From assembly GCA_947592005.1 (NCBI GenBank), contig CANQDJ010000001.1:11035-75034 (forward strand): 64,000 nucleotides of DNA, read 5' to 3'. The translations under genes were made by a program, and so were the position numbers. This DNA comes from an uncultured Anaeroplasma sp. (GTDB taxonomy: Bacteria; Bacillota_I; Bacilli_A; Acholeplasmatales; Anaeroplasmataceae). The notes beneath the pieces are model-generated. The model was not told the DNA's origin and did not search any database. It saw nothing but the letters and a program-made list of their open reading frames with translations. This document shows, piece after piece, positions 56,939 through 64,000 of the stretch; positions within the stretch are counted from its first letter, which is position 1, and every line of letters starts with the position of its first letter.

Positions 56939-58390
56939 ATGGCAAAAATGGACGAAACAAGAAGGACAATGATATTAAAGGGAGATTTGATGAAAACCAT
57001 TCTCGTTATATGTCTTCCTCTTGCCTTATATCAATTTTTTAATAGTTGTTATACGTTATTGGATCAAATTATATGTGCTCAAATATCTACCGATGCACAA
57101 AATGCGGTATCTTCCATCAGCCAAATCAAAAATACGATATCTTCCTTCGGTGCCGGACTTGCCGCAGGTGGAGGCGTTCTTGTTTCGAGATATTATGGTG
57201 CCGGGAAGGTAAAAGAAGCCAGAAATGCCAGTTCGAATTTGTTTTTTATGTCGATATTGGTTAGTGCTTTATTGATGCTGATTTTAATTCCTTTGGCTGT
57301 TCCGATTATGAAACTTTGTCAAGTCGCCGATGCTTCAATTGCGTTAGGAAAAGGGTATTTCCGTCTTCAACTTTTGGAATTGGCTTTTGTCGCCTTAAAT
57401 AATGTGTTTATCGGATTGGAGAAGGCAAAGGGAAATTCCAAAATCATTTTAAAATTAAATGTTTTGGTGTTATTGGTAAAATTAGGTTTAACTTGTTTAT
57501 TTGTGTTTGGATTACAGTTAAAGGATATTGTTTTTGTTGAATTGGCGACGATTATCGCCCAATTATTATTGATGGGAATCGGTCTATTTTATTTATTCGG
57601 TAAAAATAATATTATTCGGTTATCCTTTAAGATGATTGTTCCGAAAAAGATTTATGTAGTGAAGATTTTACAGTTATCTATTCCTATCTTTTTGGGAAAA
57701 TTCGTTATGTCTTTGGGAAAAGTTGCGGTCAATGCGATATGCGGAGCGTATTGGAATACGGCAACCGATGGTTTGATTGTCGGAACGTTGGGTGTTTCAA
57801 ATAATATGTGTGGATTGATTACCAGTCCTACAAATTCTTTTGAAGAAGGAGAATCTTCGATTGTCAGTCAAAATATCGGTAACGGAAATATAAAAAGAGC
57901 GGTAAGGGCGTTTTATAAAACGTTGATTGTTGCTACTATCGTTTCGGTAGTTGGATATGTTTTAATGCGGTTTGTTTTTATCAATCAACTGGTGGAGTTG
58001 TTTAGCAGTAAAGATGTGAAATCTCCGCTTTATAAACAAATGGTAAAAGATATTTTTGTTTGGGATTCGTTGAGTATCATCGCTTTGGGAATCAATGCGG
58101 CAGTTTTAGGATTGTTATATGGTTTTGGGAAAACGGGATTATCGACTATATTGAATTTAAGTCGAATCGGAAGTCGAATTATCATTTTGATTATATTACA
58201 TACGGCAAATCCGAATTTAGAGGCCACCTTATGTGCCGGATTATCTATGGGTATCAGTAATACTGTCATTTTAATTTTATCTTTTGTTTTCTTGTTTATT
58301 TTCTTGTTCCAAGTCAAGATAAGAGGCTATAAAGGAATGTATTTAACGGATCCAGAGCCTGAAGTATCGACGCTACAAGAAGAGGAATAA
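56939..58390 (+). CDS. MATE-family efflux transporter
   Basis: Twelve-TM pattern, GGVLVSRYYGA, SQNIGNGN. Confidence 0.88.
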   Translation: MAKMDETRRTMILKGDLMKTILVICLPLALYQFFNSCYTLLDQIICAQISTDAQNAVSSISQIKNTISSFGAGLAAGGGVLVSRYYGAGKVKEARNASSNLFFMSILVSALLMLILIPLAVPIMKLCQVADASIALGKGYFRLQLLELAFVALNNVFIGLEKAKGNSKIILKLNVLVLLVKLGLTCLFVFGLQLKDIVFVELATIIAQLLLMGIGLFYLFGKNNIIRLSFKMIVPKKIYVVKILQLSIPIFLGKFVMSLGKVAVNAICGAYWNTATDGLIVGTLGVSNNMCGLITSPTNSFEEGESSIVSQNIGNGNIKRAVRAFYKTLIVATIVSVVGYVLMRFVFINQLVELFSSKDVKSPLYKQMVKDIFVWDSLSIIALGINAAVLGLLYGFGKTGLSTILNLSRIGSRIIILIILHTANPNLEATLCAGLSMGISNTVILILSFVFLFIFLFQVKIRGYKGMYLTDPEPEVSTLQEEE

Positions 58391-58444
58391 AGCATAGAAG
58401 ATTGATTCAAAAGGAATTAGGAGTGTTTGAATAAAAAAGGGGAT

Positions 58445-58981
58445 ATGGCTATGAAAGAGAAAAAGATAGAAGGAGAAACCATATACAATGGAAAAGTGGT
58501 TCGGTTAGAAAAAGATAAGGTGTTATGCCCGAATGGGAAGGAATCCTATCGAGAGATCGTTCGACATAACGGAGGGGCCGGTATTTTATGTTTTTCCGAC
58601 AAAGGCGAGGTACTGTTAATTCGACAATATCGGTATGCGTATGATGAAGTGATATATGAGATTCCTGCGGGGAAATTGGAAAAGAACGAGAATCCGTATG
58701 ATACGGCAATGCGGGAATTGGAAGAAGAAACGGGGCTTAAAGCGGGAAAGTTAGAATTTTTGGGTAAGATTTATCCGACTTGTGGATATTCTTCGGAAAT
58801 CATTTATTTATATTTGGCAAAAGATTGTACTTTAACTAAAACTTCATGGGACGAGGACGAATGGTTGGAAAGTGTTTATATTCCATTAGAGAAAACGGAA
58901 GAAATGATCCTAAATGGAGAAATTCGAGATGCGAAAACGATATGTGCGATAGCGTATTATCGAATGAAATATCATGAATAA
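58445..58981 (+). CDS. nudF: NUDIX hydrolase (ADP-ribose pyrophosphatase-like)
   Basis: EIPAGKLE...AMRELEEETG Nudix box; RQYRY. Confidence 0.85.
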   Translation: MAMKEKKIEGETIYNGKVVRLEKDKVLCPNGKESYREIVRHNGGAGILCFSDKGEVLLIRQYRYAYDEVIYEIPAGKLEKNENPYDTAMRELEEETGLKAGKLEFLGKIYPTCGYSSEIIYLYLAKDCTLTKTSWDEDEWLESVYIPLEKTEEMILNGEIRDAKTICAIAYYRMKYHE

Positions 58982-59086
58982 GGATAGAAATATCCTTTAT
59001 TTTTTTATATTTAAATTAATTTTATTTATATATATATTGATTTTTTTAATTAATATAGTAAAATAATTAATATAGAGGTGAATAAA

Positions 59087-59461
59087 ATGAAGAAAAATGT
59101 GATAGGAATATGTCCTATATGTAATCAATCGTTATATGTAAAGACTTTGCGATGTGATTCATGTGGAACGGAAGTAAGTGGAGAGTTTGAATTATCTCCT
59201 TTTGATTTATTGAAGAAAGAACAACTGCAATTCGCTTTGGTGTTTATAAGAAATCAAGGAAATATAAAAGCGATAGAAAAACAATTAAATATTTCTTATC
59301 CGACCGTAAAGAAAAATTTAGATGATTTATGCGATGCGTTGGGTTTTTTTGATGTCGAAGAGCGAGAAAATGTGAAACCAAGCAGAGAAAGTGTAAGAAT
59401 GAAATTGAAAAACGGAGAGATTACGTTTGAAGAAGCGGAACGTATTTTAGGAGGTTTGTAA
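59087..59461 (+). CDS. DUF2089 Zn-ribbon/HTH protein
   Basis: CPIC...CDSC, GNIKAIEKQLNISYPTVK, C-terminal GEITFEEA. Confidence 0.9.
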   Translation: MKKNVIGICPICNQSLYVKTLRCDSCGTEVSGEFELSPFDLLKKEQLQFALVFIRNQGNIKAIEKQLNISYPTVKKNLDDLCDALGFFDVEERENVKPSRESVRMKLKNGEITFEEAERILGGL

Positions 59462-59462
59462 G

Positions 59463-60287
59463 ATGAGAGAGAAGTTTTTTGAAGAATTGGAAAAGGAAAT
59501 GAACGAAAAGGAATTGGAAGAAGAAAGAAAAGAAAAAATACGTTCAACGTATATAAAGCGATATGATTTCGGTTTGGAAGCGGGATTGAGTGAAGAAAAG
59601 ATAGAACAAATGTTGGGAAATCCAAAAGAGATTGTAGAATCTTATCTTTTTCCTTTGGCGAAAATAGCGGAGCCAATCGATTTTGAAATTGATGTATCGT
59701 TGGTTGCCGATTCGATTGAGTTTATGGTTTCTGAAGATACGGATTTTCATATAAATAGGGAAAATATCAAAGAAGAGTATTATGAATTTGAACAGACGGA
59801 TAAGAAGTTAAAAATAAATTATTTGAAAAGAAAAGTATTTCATTTGGATAAAAAAAATAAAGGAAAAATTACGGTTTTTCTTCCGATGAATATGATTTTT
59901 TCCAAAGTTAAGATCTTTTCTGTTTCAGGAGATATAGATATTTCTAATATGAAGGCGACGGATTTGATGGTTAATACCATAAGTGGGAATTGTAGGTTTC
60001 ATACTATAGAAAGCGATATGGTTTATTGGAAAGTGATTTCCGGAGATATAAAAGGAGAAACGTTGAAAACGAAGAATGTTCGGATAGATTCTATATCGGG
60101 CGATACTGAAATTCGGTTTGTCGTTGCCGATTATGCTCAACTTGATACGATTTCCGGTGATGTGGATTTTGAATCCGCTACGCTAGGAAATGCATCTTCA
60201 ACGACGGTTTCGGGTAATATTAAGATCAATTCGGAAGAGAATGGAGTGAATGTTGTTCAATCATTGAAGGGTTTATTTAGAAAATAG
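59463..60287 (+). CDS. DUF1700-like N-terminus plus DUF4097 beta-repeat protein
   Basis: GLSEEKIEQMLGNPKEI; repeated T/SISGD units. Confidence 0.8.
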   Translation: MREKFFEELEKEMNEKELEEERKEKIRSTYIKRYDFGLEAGLSEEKIEQMLGNPKEIVESYLFPLAKIAEPIDFEIDVSLVADSIEFMVSEDTDFHINRENIKEEYYEFEQTDKKLKINYLKRKVFHLDKKNKGKITVFLPMNMIFSKVKIFSVSGDIDISNMKATDLMVNTISGNCRFHTIESDMVYWKVISGDIKGETLKTKNVRIDSISGDTEIRFVVADYAQLDTISGDVDFESATLGNASSTTVSGNIKINSEENGVNVVQSLKGLFRK

Positions 60288-60355
60288 GGGAGAAATCCTA
60301 TTCCTTTTCTTTGAATTATTTGATATAATGTAGAGAAATGAAGGGAGGATATGTT

Positions 60356-61471
60356 ATGAGAAATTTATTTTATTATTTGAAACAATATGGAAAACTATCC
60401 TTCCGAGAATATGCAATCAATGAAGTAGACAGTTTGATTTTATGTCAACTGATCTATTTGAATTTGGAAGAAGTTTTATCGAAAGATACCTATATGAATT
60501 TGGAATCGCTTTTGGCTGAAGAAAACGAGGCAATTTTGATAAAAAACACATTTTCTCCACAAAAGAATTTAAAATTGATTCGAGAATTACGAAATTCCAA
60601 TCGTTTTGTTGGAGTGGGAATATCTGATATTAGGAATACGTTATCGTATGATTATTGTGAACAATTTTGTGCAGTGGTATATCATATCGAAGATATAAAA
60701 TATGTTTCTTTTCGGGGAACGGATTTGACGATATTGGGTTGGAAAGAGAATTTTAATATGTCCTATCAAAAAGAAGTGCCTTCGCAAAGGGATTCCTTGA
60801 TTTATTTGACGGATATATATGAAAAATATCATCAAAAAATGATTGTGGGTGGTCATTCCAAAGGTGGTAATTTGGCAATGTATTCGGTGGTGTATTCGAA
60901 TACCGATATTCGTCAAGATGTTATTAAAATTTATAATTTTGACGGACCCGGTCTTTATTTGGATATTTTTTCCAATGAGGAATATGGAAGTATTTTAGAA
61001 AAAATGATTACGATGTCTACGCAGGAAGCGTTGATTGGTGTTTTATTGTATCATGTTTCGAATATTATTTATATTAAGGCAAGCGGTTTTGGAATTCTTC
61101 AACATGAACCTTATAATTGGCAAGTAGCTAAAAACGGATTATTGAAGAGAGTGAAGAGAAATTCGATTCCTTCTCGAATTTTTGCCTCTGCGGTACGGAA
61201 TTTTTTTCAAGATACGAACGAAGAAGAAAGAAAGCAGTTTGTCGATATATTGTTTACTATCGTTGAGGTTGCCCCAAATACTTCGGTAAATGATTTTCGA
61301 TATCACCCGCTTCGGTTTATTTCTGGGGTACGGAAAAGGTTTAAAAAGATACCGAAAGAGGAACAACATTATTTTAAAATAACGTTAAAGAAGTTTAGAA
61401 AAAGTTTCTATAAAACGTTGAAAATGAAATTGAAAAAACAAAAGAAAAAACAAGGGGCATCTATTTCATAG
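60356..61471 (+). CDS. DUF2974 (Mbeg1-like) alpha/beta hydrolase
   Basis: NEVDSLIL, FRGTD, GWKENF, GGHSKGGNLA, FDGPG. Confidence 0.9.
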   Translation: MRNLFYYLKQYGKLSFREYAINEVDSLILCQLIYLNLEEVLSKDTYMNLESLLAEENEAILIKNTFSPQKNLKLIRELRNSNRFVGVGISDIRNTLSYDYCEQFCAVVYHIEDIKYVSFRGTDLTILGWKENFNMSYQKEVPSQRDSLIYLTDIYEKYHQKMIVGGHSKGGNLAMYSVVYSNTDIRQDVIKIYNFDGPGLYLDIFSNEEYGSILEKMITMSTQEALIGVLLYHVSNIIYIKASGFGILQHEPYNWQVAKNGLLKRVKRNSIPSRIFASAVRNFFQDTNEEERKQFVDILFTIVEVAPNTSVNDFRYHPLRFISGVRKRFKKIPKEEQHYFKITLKKFRKSFYKTLKMKLKKQKKKQGASIS

Positions 61472-62569
61472 TTGAACAGGTGCTCCTTGTTCGCATTTTA
61501 AGGTGTCGGTATGATAAATCATATCCAAGATTTTCGTTACTTTCCATTCTATATCCAATATCGGAGATAATCCTTCTTTGATGTTGGTGTAAATGGGAAC
61601 ATCTTTTTTTAATTCGGATAGATAGGTTCTTCCTTTTTGGGAATATCCTAATATTCTTAAGAAAGAAATATCTTTCTTTGAAATAGAATTTATTTGTTGT
61701 TTATCGATATGGAATAAGATATACATCAACATTCTTTTTATGCGAGTAGAAGTATATCTTGATGTGGTTAAATGTTGGATAAATTCGGAAAGAGAAGAGA
61801 AAGAATATATATCTTTCAGTTTGTTTTCCAAGCCTTCGTCGACAAAGAAGATGGTTTTGAGTTCTTGAGGGGAATGAGATAGGATTTGATATTTTAAGTA
61901 AGGAAAGATGGCTTCTTCGTTCCTTATTTTGTCTTTTTGTTCGAAAACATAAGAAGGGGTATAGGTTTCTAAAAGATGGAGATTGTTTCGAATTGCCAAA
62001 GCGGAGGCGATATGGGTATCGGTAGGTGTACTATCACAATAGGCGGAATTTTTACGTAGAATGGTTTTCAGTTGAATGGGGTAGGCTGATTTTTGTATGG
62101 CTTTGTAGTAAGAATATCCCAATATATCGTTGTCTTTCAAAGGATATATAGAGTAGGTAACGGATTTATAGGAAAGGCCTTTATCGACTTGTTGTTGTAT
62201 GTATGTTTGATTATGTTCTAATGCTTGATAGGCTTTTTTATAAGTTTCTATTGAATTGGTTTCACTGCCAATCCATATTTCATTTACTTTGGCAAGATGA
62301 AGTAAATGGACGGCGTTTTCGGCAAATATGTCGGCTTTTTGCATAGATAGGATAAGGGGAAGTTCGATGACGATATCGATATGGTTTTGTAAGGCTTGTT
62401 TGGTTTTCGTGAATTTATCGTATAAGGATAGATCACCCCGCATTGTTAAATTGGAAGATAAAACCGCTATGATTAAATCCGGTTTGGCTTCTTTTTTTAT
62501 TTGTTCGATATGATAAATATGACCATTATGTAATGGGTTATATTCGATGATTACGCCGATAATTTTCAT
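61466..62569 (-). CDS. tmcAL: tRNA(Met) cytidine acetate ligase
   Basis: EYNPLHNGHIY, DIVIELP, NDILGYSY, SALAIR, YTSTRIKR. Confidence 0.88.
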   Translation of the reverse strand: MKIIGVIIEYNPLHNGHIYHIEQIKKEAKPDLIIAVLSSNLTMRGDLSLYDKFTKTKQALQNHIDIVIELPLILSMQKADIFAENAVHLLHLAKVNEIWIGSETNSIETYKKAYQALEHNQTYIQQQVDKGLSYKSVTYSIYPLKDNDILGYSYYKAIQKSAYPIQLKTILRKNSAYCDSTPTDTHIASALAIRNNLHLLETYTPSYVFEQKDKIRNEEAIFPYLKYQILSHSPQELKTIFFVDEGLENKLKDIYSFSSLSEFIQHLTTSRYTSTRIKRMLMYILFHIDKQQINSISKKDISFLRILGYSQKGRTYLSELKKDVPIYTNIKEGLSPILDIEWKVTKILDMIYHTDTLKCEQGAPVQL

Positions 62570-62710
62570 TGTATCCCTCCGTTTTTTATTATATAATCAG
62601 ATAAAGAAAAAATAAATATATTTTATCAAAAAGAAGTGTTTTCTATTTTTTGATAAGAAGGATTTTTTCTGAGAATAAAATGTGGTACAATACGAGAGAG
62701 GTGAAAAGAA

Positions 62711-63730
62711 ATGCTCGATAAATTTATGTTTACTTGCAATGCGGTTTTACCGATTATCCTTTTGATTGCTTTGGGATATGTTTTAAAAAGGCTTAAGATT
62801 TTTCCTGATTCTTTTTGGAAATTGGTAAATAAACTATGTTTTAGAGTATGTTTACCGGTATTGTTGTTTTATAATATCTATCAGGTAAATGATATAGAAG
62901 AAATAGGTAAGAATTGGCAGATTATCGTATATGCCGTTGTCGCAACACTAGTGGTGTTTTTGATAGGACTTATTTTGGCGATAACATTGATTAAAGATCC
63001 GAAACAAAAGGGTGTCATTTTACAATGTGTTTTTCGTTCGAATTATGCGATTATCGGTATTCCTTTGGCTCAGTCTTTGGCGAAAGGAGATCCTACGGTA
63101 GTGGGAATTGCTTCCGTTGTTTCGGCTGTTTCTATTCCATTGTTTAATATTTTGGCGATTATCGCTTTGAATTTATTTGTCAAAGAAGGACAAGAAAAAC
63201 CTTCGGTTCGTTCTATATGTTTGAAAATTTTAAAAAATCCGTTGATTATCGGCGTGTTTGCCGGAATAGTTGCTTTATTGATTCGCTTGGCGATTCCTTA
63301 TTCTATAGATACAGAAGGGATAAAAGTATATCGTTTTTCTATAGAGAAGAATATTCCGTTTTTATATAAAGCAATCGGCAATGTTGCTCAAATTGCATCA
63401 CCGCTTGCGTTAATCGCTTTAGGTGGTGATTTTGCTTTCTCGGCAATTTCCAGATTAAAATTTCAAATTACAATCGGTGTGGTTTTACGGGTTGTGGTTG
63501 TTCCTGTGGGTTGTTTGTTGGCAGCATACGCCATTGGATTTAGGGGAACGGAATTTCCCTCTTTGATTGCCTTATTCGGTACGCCGGTTGCGGTATCGAG
63601 TGTGCCGATGACGACAGAAATGAAAAGCGATGATGAACTTGCTGGTCAGTTAGTGGTTTGGACGTCTATATTATCGGCATTTACTTTGTTTTTCATTATT
63701 TTTCTTTGTACACAGGTTGGGATATTTTAA
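62711..63730 (+). CDS. AEC (auxin efflux carrier) family transporter
   Basis: FRSNYAIIGIP, KNPLIIG, PLALIALG, PVAVSS. Confidence 0.92.
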   Translation: MLDKFMFTCNAVLPIILLIALGYVLKRLKIFPDSFWKLVNKLCFRVCLPVLLFYNIYQVNDIEEIGKNWQIIVYAVVATLVVFLIGLILAITLIKDPKQKGVILQCVFRSNYAIIGIPLAQSLAKGDPTVVGIASVVSAVSIPLFNILAIIALNLFVKEGQEKPSVRSICLKILKNPLIIGVFAGIVALLIRLAIPYSIDTEGIKVYRFSIEKNIPFLYKAIGNVAQIASPLALIALGGDFAFSAISRLKFQITIGVVLRVVVVPVGCLLAAYAIGFRGTEFPSLIALFGTPVAVSSVPMTTEMKSDDELAGQLVVWTSILSAFTLFFIIFLCTQVGIF

Positions 63731-63775
63731 AAGTAGAATTTTATATATTTCTTTGTTATTTTTATAAAATAAAAA

Positions 63776-63815
63776 GGCTGTGAAACCTTTCTTTTTAAAA
63801 GTTAGGTTCACAGTC
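63776..63815. repeat. 40-bp palindromic repeat element, copy 2 (inverted)
   Basis: GGCTGTGAAACC-TTTCTTTTTAAAAGTTA-GGTTCACAGTC. Confidence 0.85.
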
Positions 63816-64000
63816 TTTTTTGTAATACTTTATCTTTGAATTTTGTTAATTGTTCGAACTCGTCGAATTTCGCCATAAAAAATTCATTGCCCATTGCGGA
63901 AGATAAAACATCGCTCATTCTTTGATGCATAACGATATTGGATTTGTATTCATTTAGAATTTCTTCGGAAGAATAGCGATAGGAATAGGAATCTCTTCGG
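63808..64000 (-). CDS. 3' end of a hypothetical protein truncated by the window edge
   Basis: Open frame ...SAMGNEFFMAKFDEFEQLTKFKDKVLQKRL* with its TGA inside repeat copy 2. Confidence 0.55.
   Translation of the reverse strand, partial: RRDSYSYRYSSEEILNEYKSNIVMHQRMSDVLSSAMGNEFFMAKFDEFEQLTKFKDKVLQKRL

Noticed and set aside
1-64000. CRISPR array, rRNA, intact transposase or prophage
   Set aside because: No regularly spaced repeats, rRNA-like sequence, or DDE/HUH/integrase or phage structural motifs were seen.

Overview
Low-GC, code-11 chromosomal window from a Bacilli-derived, probably gut-type organism (Acholeplasmatales/Anaeroplasma/RF39-like placement is only an inference from gene content and synteny). 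Most of it is core genes: recU-ponA, rnjB and rnjA, rarA, apt-relA-dtd, rimO, trmL, trxA/trxB, proS, htpG, tmcAL, an ABC exporter pair and other transporters. A scattered sporulation set is also present: spoVFA, yrzE-yrbG-spoVB, a cotO-like gene, spoIIAA-spoIIAB without sigF, and spoVAC-AD-AE. The main signal is a ~12.3 kb compositionally foreign island (22716-34983) bounded by an exact 20-bp direct repeat. It encodes one apparent eight-gene membrane operon: an SPFH/double-zinc-ribbon protein, a multi-TM protein, a Zn-ribbon helical-repeat protein, three paralogous coiled-coil/TPR-like/2TM proteins, a small acidic peptide, a 164-aa orphan and a Ycf46-like AAA ATPase (nine ORFs counting each paralog). 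Just outside it lies an apparent FtsK-gamma/FtsZ C-terminal-domain fusion, while the SpoIIIE-like gene at 5 kb has degenerate ATPase motifs and no gamma domain. Other observations: a 1-bp frameshift in ponA, a poly-G promoter spacer ahead of a lipoprotein gene, tRNA-Thr(GGU), an ORF-less 5' group IIC intron remnant behind a terminator, a small palindromic repeat family and a CIRCE-like operator at htpG. All family assignments come from motif recognition by eye; no searches were run.
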